From positions 32,001 to 96,000 of the forward strand of contig JBEKYR010000008.1 in assembly GCA_049510745.1 (NCBI GenBank): a stretch of DNA of 64,000 nt. The letters run 5' to 3'. Both the position numbers and the translations under genes were made by a program. Position 1 is the stretch's first letter; every line of letters starts with the position of its first letter. Positions 1 to 9,263 of this stretch are shown in pieces. This stretch comes from Verrucomicrobiota bacterium (lineage in GTDB: Bacteria; Verrucomicrobiota; Verrucomicrobiia; Limisphaerales; Palsa-1400). Under the pieces are notes generated by a model that made no database searches, was not told where the DNA came from, and saw nothing but the letters and a program-made list of their open reading frames with translations.

Positions 1-308
1 TCGGGTTCGGCACCACTCGCGCCGCCGCCCGGCAAATGGTCAATCACGGCCACGTCAAGGTCAATGGGCGCAAGGTCAACATCCCCTCCTATGGCCTGAA
101 GGTCAACGACGTGGTCGAAGTGCGCGACACCAATGTCTCCCGGCAGTTGGCCACCAAGAATCTGGAAATGTCCACCAGCAAGGTCGTCCCGGATTGGCTG
201 CTGCTCAACAAGGACGCCTTTAAAGGCACCGTCATGCGCATCCCGACCCGCGATGAAATCCAGCCCATCGCCAATGAACAGGCCGTGGTAGAATTTTATT
301 CCCGCTAA
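1..308 (+). CDS. rpsD: 30S ribosomal protein S4, C-terminal part (5' truncated by window)
   Basis: ARQMVNHGHVKVNGRKVNIPSY...NEQAVVEFYSR is the S4 C-terminus; lies directly upstream of rpoA. Confidence 0.97.
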   Translation, partial: GFGTTRAAARQMVNHGHVKVNGRKVNIPSYGLKVNDVVEVRDTNVSRQLATKNLEMSTSKVVPDWLLLNKDAFKGTVMRIPTRDEIQPIANEQAVVEFYSR

Positions 309-421
309 CCCAATGAACAGCGTCCCGCCCCGCGGGACAAAACAATTACAGGGGCCTCTCCGGCCGCGGGAATAAATCCCCGGGGAGGCCAGATTAAAAT
401 TGTTGAAAGGAACTGAAGTCT

Positions 422-1435
422 ATGCCAATGCGTCTCGGACGTTTTGAAATGCCCAAGCGGCTGTCCAAAGAGGACACCACCGCCACCGAAACCTACGCCA
501 AGTTCACGGCCGAACCGTTTGAAACCGGTTACGGCCACACGATCGGCAACTCCCTCCGCCGCGTCCTCCTCTCCTCCCTGGAAGGCGCCGCCATCACCTC
601 CATCAAAGTCGATGGCGCCATGCACGAATTCACCAGCATCGACGGCGTCGCCGAGGACGTGACCGACATCGTCCTGAACCTCAAGAAAATCCTCTTCCTC
701 GCCCATTCGCGCGACCCGCAGACCTTGCTCCTGTCTGTCAACAAGGAGGGACCCGTCGTCGCCGGCGACATTCAATTGGTTCAGAACCTGGAAATCGTCA
801 ACCCCAAGCAGCATATCTGCACCCTGGACAAAAAGAAAAAGTTCGAGATGGAACTCGAAGTCAAGGTCGGCCGCGGCTTCTGCCCCGGCGATGAAAACAA
901 AAAACCCGACCAGGCCATCGGGGTCATCGCCATCGACTCCCTCTTTTCGCCCGTGACCCGCGTGCGCTACGCGGTGGAAAACGCCCGCGTCGGCCAGCGC
1001 ACCGATTACGACCGGCTCCTGCTGGAAATCTGGACCGACGGGCGCATCTCGCCGGATGACGCGCTGACCCAGGCCTCCGCCATTCTCCAGCATCACCTGG
1101 ACGTGTTCGTCGGCTACGACAAGAACGCGGTGGAATTCGAGGAGACGGAGGCCAAGCAGGACGACGAAAAGGCCAAGATGAAGAAGCTGCTCAACATGAG
1201 CGTCAACGAAATCGAGTTGAGCGTGCGCGCCGCCAACTGCCTCAACAACGCCAACATCACCACCGTCGGGCAGTTGGCGATGAAGACGGAGGCGGAGATG
1301 CTCAAGTACCGCAATTTCGGCAAGAAATCCCTCAACGAAATCAAGGAGAAACTGGCCAGCCTGGGCCTTTCCCTGGGCATGAACCTCGATCCGACCCTGT
1401 TGGACACGCCCAAGGAAGAGAACAAAGTCGAATAA
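422..1435 (+). CDS. rpoA: RNA polymerase alpha subunit
   Basis: EPFETGYGHTIGNSLRRVLLSSLEG, RVGQRTDYDRL and alpha-CTD ELSVRAANCL...NFGKKSL. Confidence 0.99.
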   Translation: MPMRLGRFEMPKRLSKEDTTATETYAKFTAEPFETGYGHTIGNSLRRVLLSSLEGAAITSIKVDGAMHEFTSIDGVAEDVTDIVLNLKKILFLAHSRDPQTLLLSVNKEGPVVAGDIQLVQNLEIVNPKQHICTLDKKKKFEMELEVKVGRGFCPGDENKKPDQAIGVIAIDSLFSPVTRVRYAVENARVGQRTDYDRLLLEIWTDGRISPDDALTQASAILQHHLDVFVGYDKNAVEFEETEAKQDDEKAKMKKLLNMSVNEIELSVRAANCLNNANITTVGQLAMKTEAEMLKYRNFGKKSLNEIKEKLASLGLSLGMNLDPTLLDTPKEENKVE

Positions 1436-1445
1436 CCGGACTCCT

Positions 1446-1916
1446 ATGCGCCATCTCAAACGCACCGCCAAACTGGGCCGCACCGGCCAGCACCGCAACC
1501 GCATGCTGGCCAGCCTGGTTTGCAGCCTGATCAAACACCGCCGCGTCAAGACCACTTTGGCCAAGGCCAAGGCCGCCCGCTCCGTCGCGGAAAAAATCAT
1601 GACCCTGGGCAAGGGCGGCACCCTGCACAAACGCCGCCTGGCCTCCGCCCGCCTGCACCAGGACGAGGACGCCGTCAAAATCCTTTTCAACGAAATCGCG
1701 CCGACCCAAAAGGAGCGTCGCGGCGGCTACACCCGCATCGTCCGCCTGGGCCAGCGCCAAGGCGACGCCGCCGAGCTGGCCATCCTCGAATTTGTCGATG
1801 TGCCGGTGCCCCAAGCCCCTGCCGAACCCGCCAAAGCGGGCGAGAGCGAGGCCAAGACAACGGAGGCGCCGGCGGAAAAGAAGGAAGAACAGAAAGAGGC
1901 CGCCGCTCCGGCTTGA
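1446..1916 (+). CDS. rplQ: 50S ribosomal protein L17 with Ala/Glu/Lys-rich tail
   Basis: MRHLKRTAKLGRT...KTTLAKAK...GGYTRIVRLGQRQGDAA; follows rpoA. Confidence 0.98.
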   Translation: MRHLKRTAKLGRTGQHRNRMLASLVCSLIKHRRVKTTLAKAKAARSVAEKIMTLGKGGTLHKRRLASARLHQDEDAVKILFNEIAPTQKERRGGYTRIVRLGQRQGDAAELAILEFVDVPVPQAPAEPAKAGESEAKTTEAPAEKKEEQKEAAAPA

Positions 1917-1947
1917 TTTTCGTCCGGATTGGCGAGAATCTTCCGCC

Positions 1948-2418
1948 ATGCGCCGGCTTTTTATCCTGGCTCTTCTGACGCTCGCGCCCGTCGTCCACGC
2001 GGGCGAGGGGAAAGTTGTCAAAGTCTTGCCCCAGTTCCTGGACAAAAAGGGCGAGCACGCCCTCTCGCCCAGCCTCTACGAACGGGACGCCTATCAATTG
2101 TATCTGCGCACTCATCCCGCGCAACGCGCCGGCTTGCGCCTGGCCGTGCAGTGGAAGGCCAAAGGGGTGGATTGGACGCAGCTCAAATTGCGCGCCGAAC
2201 TGCGCGGTTTGACAGGCAACTCCCTCCACACCATCACCCTGGAGGAACCCGTCAAAAAAAACGGCCGCTTCAGCAGTTGGTCCGAGGTGAGAATCGAGGG
2301 CGCCGATTTTATCAACTTTGGCCAGTTGGCGGCCTGGCGCGTGACTCTTTGGGAGGGCGCCCGCCAATTGGGCCAACAGCAATCCTTCCTCTGGTCGGGA
2401 GTCGCCCCCGCCCGGTGA
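1948..2418 (+). CDS. secreted hypothetical protein
   Basis: ATG 1948 begins signal-peptide-like [18 protein letters not shown]; preceded by TTGATT-17-GAATCT; ends QQSFLW. Confidence 0.75.
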   Translation: MRRLFILALLTLAPVVHAGEGKVVKVLPQFLDKKGEHALSPSLYERDAYQLYLRTHPAQRAGLRLAVQWKAKGVDWTQLKLRAELRGLTGNSLHTITLEEPVKKNGRFSSWSEVRIEGADFINFGQLAAWRVTLWEGARQLGQQQSFLWSGVAPAR

Positions 2419-2476
2419 CGCGGGATTGACGGCTTGCGCAACCTTTACAATTGCGCCACATTTAACTCCAGTTGCC

Positions 2477-4486
2477 ATGGCTACCACGATAACCGCCGCC
2501 ACCAATATAACGTCCATGCTCCGCGAAGACCGGGTGTTTCCACCCGCCAAGGCCTTCGCCCAGCGCGCTCACGTCAAATCGCTCGACCAATACCGCAAAA
2601 TTTACCGCGAATCGGTCCGCCAGCCGGAAAAATTCTGGGGCCGCCAGGCCAAGGACGAGTTGGTCTGGTTCAAGCCGTGGAAAAAGGTCCTGCACTGGAA
2701 GCTGCCCAACGCCCAATGGTTTGTCGGCGGGCGGTTGAACGTGAGTTTCAATTGCCTGGACCGCCACCTGGGCACCGCGACGGCCAACAAAGCCGCGCTC
2801 ATCTGGGAAGGCGAACCGGCCGGGCCGGGCATCCCGGGGGAAGAGCGCACCTACACCTACAAACAACTTCATCACGAGGTTTGCCTCTTCGCCAACGTCC
2901 TCAAGCGCCACGGCATAAAAAAGGGCGACCGTGTCATCATTTATTTGCCCATGGTCCCGGAAGCCGCCATCGCCATGCTCGCCTGCGCCCGCGTGGGCGC
3001 GATCCATTCCGTCGTCTTCGGCGGCTTCAGCGCCCAGTCCGTGGCCGACCGCATTTTTGATTGCCAGGCCAAACTGGTCATCACCGCCGACGGCGGCTTC
3101 CGGCGCGGCGCGGTGGTGCCGTTGAAGAAAAGCGTGGACGAGGCCTTGACGCTCAAGGACGCCGCCGGCCGCCTGCTGGCCGGGTCGGTGGAAAAGGTCA
3201 TCGTCCTGCGCCGGACCAACCAGGAGATTCAAATCCAGGAAGGGCGCGACCTTTGGTGGCACCGGGAGCTGCAGCATGTCAACGCCGATTGCCCGGCCGA
3301 AAAACTGGAGAGCGAGACGCCGCTTTTTATACTTTACACCAGCGGCTCGACCGGCAAGCCCAAGGGCATCCTCCACACCACCGCCGGTTACCTGCTCCAG
3401 GCCAAGCTGACGGCCAAATACGTCTTCGACCTCCGGCCCGATGATGTCTATTGGTGTACCGCGGACATCGGCTGGGTGACGGGCCACAGTTATGTCGTCT
3501 ATGGCCCGCTGGCCAACGGCGCGACCAGTTTCATGTTCGAAGGCGCTCCCAATTACCCGGAGCCGGACCGGTTCTGGCGGATTGTGGCCAAGTACGGCGT
3601 GACGATCTTTTACACCGCGCCGACCGCCATCCGCGCGTTTATGAAATGGGGCAGGGAATGGCCGGCCAAACACGACCTCAGTTCCCTGCGCCTGTTGGGC
3701 ACGGTGGGCGAGCCGATCAACCCGGAGGCCTGGATGTGGTATCGGGAGGTCATCGGACACAACCGCTGCCCGATTGTCGATACCTGGTGGCAGACCGAAA
3801 CGGGCGGCATTATGATTACTCCCCTGCCCGGCGCGACCCCCACCAAACCCGGCACCGCCACGCTCCCGTTTTTCGGCATCGTGCCCGAAGTGGTCGATCA
3901 TCAGGGCCAGCCCGTCCCAAAAGGCGCCGGCGGCAAGCTGGTCATTCGCCAGCCCTGGCCCGGCATATTGCGGGGCGTCTGGGGCGACCCGCGACGGTTC
4001 GTCCAAACCTATTGGAGCGAAGTGGTGGGCAGCTATTTCACCGGCGACGGCGCCCGCCGGGACGAGGATGGCTATTTCTGGATCGTCGGGCGGATTGATG
4101 ATGTCCTCAACGTGGCCGGGCACCGCATCGGCACCGCCGAAGTGGAAAGCGCGCTGGTCAGCAACGCGAACGTGGCGGAAGCCGCCGTGGTGGGCCGGCC
4201 GGACGATATGAAAGGCCAGGCGCTGGTCGCGTTCGTCACGTTGAAAAGCGGCATTCTCGCCAGCCCCGCCATCCGGGAGGAATTGCGCGGGCACGTGGCG
4301 CGGGAAATCGGCCCGGTGGCCAAGCCGGATGACATTCGCTTTGCCGAGGCGCTGCCCAAGACCCGGTCCGGCAAAATCATGCGCCGCCTCCTCAAACAAA
4401 TTGCCGTCGGCGGCGACATCAAAGGGGATACCACCACGCTGGAAGATTTCGGCGTGCTGGCCAGGTTGGCCGCGGTGGAGGAATGA
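2477..4486 (+). CDS. acs: acetyl-CoA synthetase
   Basis: [14 protein letters not shown]-binding loop, [21 protein letters not shown] acetylation motif. Confidence 0.97.
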   Translation: MATTITAATNITSMLREDRVFPPAKAFAQRAHVKSLDQYRKIYRESVRQPEKFWGRQAKDELVWFKPWKKVLHWKLPNAQWFVGGRLNVSFNCLDRHLGTATANKAALIWEGEPAGPGIPGEERTYTYKQLHHEVCLFANVLKRHGIKKGDRVIIYLPMVPEAAIAMLACARVGAIHSVVFGGFSAQSVADRIFDCQAKLVITADGGFRRGAVVPLKKSVDEALTLKDAAGRLLAGSVEKVIVLRRTNQEIQIQEGRDLWWHRELQHVNADCPAEKLESETPLFILYTSGSTGKPKGILHTTAGYLLQAKLTAKYVFDLRPDDVYWCTADIGWVTGHSYVVYGPLANGATSFMFEGAPNYPEPDRFWRIVAKYGVTIFYTAPTAIRAFMKWGREWPAKHDLSSLRLLGTVGEPINPEAWMWYREVIGHNRCPIVDTWWQTETGGIMITPLPGATPTKPGTATLPFFGIVPEVVDHQGQPVPKGAGGKLVIRQPWPGILRGVWGDPRRFVQTYWSEVVGSYFTGDGARRDEDGYFWIVGRIDDVLNVAGHRIGTAEVESALVSNANVAEAAVVGRPDDMKGQALVAFVTLKSGILASPAIREELRGHVAREIGPVAKPDDIRFAEALPKTRSGKIMRRLLKQIAVGGDIKGDTTTLEDFGVLARLAAVEE

Positions 4487-4495
4487 GTTTATTCC

Positions 4496-5746
4496 ATGTC
4501 GCGCCTTGCCCGAAACCTCGTCCTGGCCCTTGCGGTTTCGGGAACCCTGACCATGCGAGCACAGAGTTCGACCAATTTGTCGGCCACCGATCTGGCCCGC
4601 TTGAAATCCGTCCGCCAGATTCTTCGCCAGGTCCCGCTCATCGACGGACACAACGATTTGCCCTGGGAATACCGCAAGCTGGCTCACGATCAACTCGACG
4701 CCATCGATCTGGCGGGTGACACGAGCAAAATGGGGTTGGTGACCGATTTGCCGCGCCTCAAAGCCGGCGGGCTGGGCGGCCAATTCTGGTCCGTTTATGT
4801 CCCGTCAACGCTGGACAACGCGGACGCTGTCGTTGCCACCCTCGAACAAATCGACCTGGTCCACCGCCTCATCGCCCGCTATCCCGAAAGCCTGGAGCTG
4901 GCCCTGACCGCCGACGACATTGTCCGCGTCCATCGGAAAGGGAAAATCGCGTCGCTCATCGGGATGGAAGGCGGGCATTCGATTGGCAATTCGCTGGCGG
5001 TGTTGCGGATGATGTACGCGCTGGGGGCCCGCTACATGACCCTGACCCATACCAGCACCATCGCCTGGGCCGATTCCGCCACGGACCGGCCGTTGCACCA
5101 CGGATTGACTTCTTTTGGCGAGGAGGTGGTTCGGGAAATGAACCGCCTGGGCATGCTCGTGGACCTGTCGCACGTTTCCGACGAGACGATGACCTGCGCC
5201 CTGAACGTCTCCAAGGCCCCGGTCATCTTCTCGCATTCCGCCACCCGCGCCTTGTGCCATCACGCGCGGGATGTGCCGGACGATATTTTGAAAAGGGTGG
5301 CGGCCAATGGCGGCCTGGTCATGGTCACGTTTGTCCCCGAGTACGTGACGGAAATCGACCGGCATGACGAAGAAGCGGTCACGGCCGAAAGAGAGCGGCT
5401 GGCCAGGCTTTATCCGGGCGACGAAAGCCGTGTCAAGGCGGGCGTGTCCGAATGGCGCAAGACCCATCCCGACCCGCGCCATGCCACGCTGCTGGACGTG
5501 GCCGATCACATCGACCACATCCGCGCCGCCGTCGGCATCGATTATGCCGGCATCGGGTCCGACTACGAGGGATTCAGAAACCCGCCGGCGGGATTGGAAG
5601 ACGTCTCGTGCTACCCGGCCCTGCTGGCTGAGCTTCTCAAACGCGGCTACGGCAAGAGCGAAGTGAAAAAGGTGGCGGGAGAAAACCTCCTGCGCGTGCT
5701 GCGCGCCGCCGAAACGACCGCCGCGCGATTGCAGGGCAAGGAGTAA
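4496..5746 (+). CDS. membrane dipeptidase (peptidase M19), secreted
   Basis: [32 protein letters not shown]-terminal signal peptide. Confidence 0.92.
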   Translation: MSRLARNLVLALAVSGTLTMRAQSSTNLSATDLARLKSVRQILRQVPLIDGHNDLPWEYRKLAHDQLDAIDLAGDTSKMGLVTDLPRLKAGGLGGQFWSVYVPSTLDNADAVVATLEQIDLVHRLIARYPESLELALTADDIVRVHRKGKIASLIGMEGGHSIGNSLAVLRMMYALGARYMTLTHTSTIAWADSATDRPLHHGLTSFGEEVVREMNRLGMLVDLSHVSDETMTCALNVSKAPVIFSHSATRALCHHARDVPDDILKRVAANGGLVMVTFVPEYVTEIDRHDEEAVTAERERLARLYPGDESRVKAGVSEWRKTHPDPRHATLLDVADHIDHIRAAVGIDYAGIGSDYEGFRNPPAGLEDVSCYPALLAELLKRGYGKSEVKKVAGENLLRVLRAAETTAARLQGKE

Positions 5747-5991
5747 ACTTTTTGAAACTTTTGTGCAACTTTTTGCTTCCCAACGGTAATGGAATCCCTT
5801 ACACTCTTCGGAAAAGTGAGGAATATCACTTAACGATCTTAAGGATAACGAGACAATGCCAGCGCCAATTCATGAGCGGGGGTTTCAGGGAGCGGTCGTC
5901 ACGCGTGAGATTTCCGATGCTTGGGCTTGCCGTTTCTGCGCTGCGGTTGCAACGCAGGGTGATGAAAAAACTCCAACTGGATTTTTAGATT

Positions 5992-6204
5992 ATGCATATT
6001 CTGGCGTATGTTGACCCCGGAACGGGAGCGCTCATTTGGCAGTCCATTGTCGCCGCTTTCGTCGGCACGTTGTTCTACTTGAAGAGAACGCGCAAATGGA
6101 TTGGCGGGTTGTTCGGGAAAGTTTCCGGGCGCAGGCCTAAACCCGGTAATGGCGTGGCGGACGTGGGCGTCCCACAAAGCGCGGTTGAAGAGGATCGTCG
6201 GTAA
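5992..6204 (+). CDS. small single-TM protein with AY(I/V)DPGTG motif
   Basis: AYVDPGTGALIWQSIVAAFVGTLFYL followed by basic residues; TAATG overlap with next gene. Confidence 0.8.
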   Translation: MHILAYVDPGTGALIWQSIVAAFVGTLFYLKRTRKWIGGLFGKVSGRRPKPGNGVADVGVPQSAVEEDRR

Positions 6205-7643
6205 TGCCCCGGCCCGCGCTATCCTTTCGCGACCCGGCGGGATGTTGTTGCGTTTTTGGCGGTGCGGTCTTGCGGTTCGTCGGAGCTGGGAACGTCGCTG
6301 AATTTGAGGGCTTCCTGAAAATACGCGCGGCGCGCGATTACGGCCGGCACCTTGTTTCCACTCGCCGGCTTACTGAAACGGAAATCGCCGCCCTTTCCGC
6401 GTCACCCGCCCTGAAATCCATTTTGGCGGCGCGGCCCGAGAGCGCGATCTTCGAGCATGAGCGCATTCCGTTTCCGAGTTATCCGCACGAATGGCCGCCG
6501 GAAATGCTCTGGGCCGCCGGGCGCCTGACCCTCGACCTGGCCACCGCCGCGCTGGCCGACGATTACGGACTGAAAGATGCGACGCCGCACAATGTTTTGT
6601 TTCGCGGCAGCGAGCCGGTTTTCATCGACGTGTCGTCCTTCGAGCGCCGCAATCCGGGCGATCCGATTTGGAAACCTCTCGCGCAGTTTATCCGCACGTT
6701 TCTTTTGCCCCTGCTGGCCAACCAGCGGTGGGGTGTGCGCCTGGCGGATGTGTTTATCACGCACCGCGACGGGCTTGAGCCGGAGGAGGTTTACCGCTTC
6801 TGCCGGCCGCTGGAGCGACTGCATCCAAGAATTCTGTCGCTCGTCTCAATGCCAACCTGGCTGTCGCGAAGAGCCAGTCCGGACGACCAGAAAATTTATC
6901 AGCACCGCATCCTGGCGGACACGGAAAAGGCGCGCTACATCATCGAGTCGGCCTTCAAGCGGCTGAGCCGCGTGCTGGACTCGCTCCGCCCGGCAACGCA
7001 AGAGAAATCAGCCTGGTCGGATTACATGGCCACGCACAGCTACACTGACCCGGCGTTTGCGGCGAAGGAAAAATTCGTGGATGAGGCGCTGGCCCAGTTC
7101 AAACCCAGGCGCGTGTTGGACGCGGGCGCGAATACGGGGCATTTCAGCACGCGGGCGGCGCAAGCCGGGGCGGAAGTTGTGGCGATTGACCTTGACCCGG
7201 TTTGCGTGGGCGAAATCTGGCGGAAAGCGCGCGAAAAGAAACTGGGCATTCTGCCCCTGGTGGTCGATTTGGCCCGTCCCAGCCCGTCGGTTGGCTGGCG
7301 AAACGACGAATGTCCATCGTTTCTTGACCGCGTCATGGGCGCCTTCGATGGCGTGTTGATGCTGGCGTTTGTGCATCATTTGCTGGTGGCGGAGCGCATT
7401 CCCCTGGAGGAGGTCTTGGGGCTTGCCGCGCAATTGACCACCTCGTTGCTGGTCATCGAATTCGTCGCGCCGCAGGATGCCATGTTCCGGCGGCTCACGC
7501 GCGGACGCGAGGAGTTGCACGCGGCGCTGGATGAAAAATGCTTCGAGCGAGCGTGCCTGGTCCATTTTGAAATCGTCAAGTCACTTGCGCTGCCGGGGAC
7601 CAAACGGACGATGTATTGTCTCAAAAAGAAAGGCATTGGTTGA
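6204..7643 (+). CDS. NoeA-like protein: kinase-like N-terminal domain plus class I SAM methyltransferase
   Basis: SFRDPAG start, YPHEW, LKDATPHNVLF...FIDVSSF (kinase-like), VLDAGANTG SAM motif, LAFVHHL. Confidence 0.82.
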   Translation: MPRPALSFRDPAGCCCVFGGAVLRFVGAGNVAEFEGFLKIRAARDYGRHLVSTRRLTETEIAALSASPALKSILAARPESAIFEHERIPFPSYPHEWPPEMLWAAGRLTLDLATAALADDYGLKDATPHNVLFRGSEPVFIDVSSFERRNPGDPIWKPLAQFIRTFLLPLLANQRWGVRLADVFITHRDGLEPEEVYRFCRPLERLHPRILSLVSMPTWLSRRASPDDQKIYQHRILADTEKARYIIESAFKRLSRVLDSLRPATQEKSAWSDYMATHSYTDPAFAAKEKFVDEALAQFKPRRVLDAGANTGHFSTRAAQAGAEVVAIDLDPVCVGEIWRKAREKKLGILPLVVDLARPSPSVGWRNDECPSFLDRVMGAFDGVLMLAFVHHLLVAERIPLEEVLGLAAQLTTSLLVIEFVAPQDAMFRRLTRGREELHAALDEKCFERACLVHFEIVKSLALPGTKRTMYCLKKKGIG

Positions 7644-9241
7644 ACCAGCCGCCCAATAATGCGCCCGCCCCGGGAGATTCCGAGGTTCCGGCTCTGCTTT
7701 CGTTCTCGCGCAAGCGGAGAATCAAGGAGGGGATCGTGGCTCTCTCGGTGGCCAACTGCTGTTTTGTCCGGGCGTGGTTCGACCTGCTTTTTGATGCCAA
7801 CCGTTACTTCAACAAGCTGCCCGTGCTGCGGGTGGAACTTTTGGCTTTGGCCGTGAATCTTTCTGGATTCGCGTTGTTGGTGTGGTTGGGCATGGCGGTG
7901 CGCAGACGTTTCCCAAGGGGGTTGCCGCGTCTGGTGTTGGATCTGTCATTCTTGAGTTTGCTGATCTTTCCGGCGGATTTTATCCGGGTGCAATACCTCA
8001 ATTGGACCGACAGCGAGCTGGTAGGTTTTTTGAAACAGCCGGCGGTGATGCTTTGCCTTCTGGCCCTTGCGGCCTTGCTCATATGGAAACACCGTCCGGC
8101 CGCGCTCGCCGTGGCCGTCGTCACGGGCATAACGTTTCCGCTGGCGCTTTTCATCGCCGCCAAAATCATTCTCCTCTGCCTCAACGTGATTCCTGTGAAG
8201 GAATGCATTTCTTCCCCCCCGCCAACGCCGCTTCTCCCCGTCCGGCAGGGACAGCCGCGGGTGGTGTGGATTATATTTGACGAAACGGATTACCGTCTGA
8301 CTTTCGATCAGCGGCCCGCCGGCCTGGAGTTGCCCGAATTCGACCGCTTCCGAAAAGAGTCATTGTGCGCCGACAAGGCCTATCCGCCCGGCGACAATAC
8401 ACTCTTATCCATGCCCGCCTTGATTTCAGGGCGGCGTCTTTCCGCCGTGGCCCAGGACGGCTGCGATCTCTCGCTCACCCGGAGCGACACGGGCGCGAGC
8501 GCGGAGTGGAGCGCGTTGCCGTCGGTCTTTTCGCAGGCGCGTGAACTGGGCCTTAATACGGCGCTCGTGGGGTGGTATCATCCCTATTCGCGCCTGCTCG
8601 GCGGGAGCCTCAATTATTGCTCCTGGTATGCCTTCCCGGCCTTCGAACCCGCGCGGGCGACGACTTTTGGCGGGGCAATCCGGCAACAGATCGCTTCCCT
8701 GGCGGGGCCTTTTCACGTGCGGCAACTCTTCATCGACATCTGCAAGGATAGTTTGAAAGAGGCTGTCTCCCTGGTGGCTGATCCGACTTACGGCTTGATT
8801 CTTCTTCACTTGCCGCCACCGCATGGGCCGGGTGTTTATTTGCCGGACAAGAACGAGTTCACACGGAGGGGCCTTCCCCAGCCCGCCAGCTATTTAAATA
8901 ATCTCGTGCTGGCGGATCACGAACTGGGCGCATTGCGACGGGCCATTGCAACGTCCGGCCAACAGGCCGACACCTGGGTCATCCTCAGCGCCGACCATTC
9001 ATGGCGGAACTCGAAAGTCTATGATGGGCGGCGGGACTATCGAGTGCCTTTCCTGGTCAAAGGCCCGGGTGATGGCGCGCCCCTGACCTACTCACGCCAG
9101 TTCAACACCGTCCTGACATCTGACTTGATTCTTGCCATTCTCCGCGGTGAGATTACCAATGAATCAAAGACCGCAACCTGGCTGGACGCTCACGGCAAAC
9201 CGGAGTTGCCTGTGGGCAACACCGGTGAAAGGTCTGACTGA
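7616..9241 (+). CDS. multi-TM alkaline-phosphatase-superfamily (sulfatase/LTA-synthase-like) protein
   Basis: about 5 N-terminal TM segments, WIIFDE, NTLLSMPA, HLPPPHGP, LSADHS; exact start uncertain. Confidence 0.78.
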   Translation: MSQKERHWLNQPPNNAPAPGDSEVPALLSFSRKRRIKEGIVALSVANCCFVRAWFDLLFDANRYFNKLPVLRVELLALAVNLSGFALLVWLGMAVRRRFPRGLPRLVLDLSFLSLLIFPADFIRVQYLNWTDSELVGFLKQPAVMLCLLALAALLIWKHRPAALAVAVVTGITFPLALFIAAKIILLCLNVIPVKECISSPPPTPLLPVRQGQPRVVWIIFDETDYRLTFDQRPAGLELPEFDRFRKESLCADKAYPPGDNTLLSMPALISGRRLSAVAQDGCDLSLTRSDTGASAEWSALPSVFSQARELGLNTALVGWYHPYSRLLGGSLNYCSWYAFPAFEPARATTFGGAIRQQIASLAGPFHVRQLFIDICKDSLKEAVSLVADPTYGLILLHLPPPHGPGVYLPDKNEFTRRGLPQPASYLNNLVLADHELGALRRAIATSGQQADTWVILSADHSWRNSKVYDGRRDYRVPFLVKGPGDGAPLTYSRQFNTVLTSDLILAILRGEITNESKTATWLDAHGKPELPVGNTGERSD

Positions 9242-9263
9242 TGCTTTGCGTCTAACTTTCTCT

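Noticed and set aside
321..391. Hairpins between rpsD and rpoA as an ncRNA
   Set aside because: GC-rich stems without a U-tract or a recognisable family; not enough evidence
305..4783. Long minus-strand ORFs 305-1690 and 2462-4783
   Set aside because: Antisense shadows of rpoA/rplQ and acs, expected in high-GC coding DNA; no recognisable motifs
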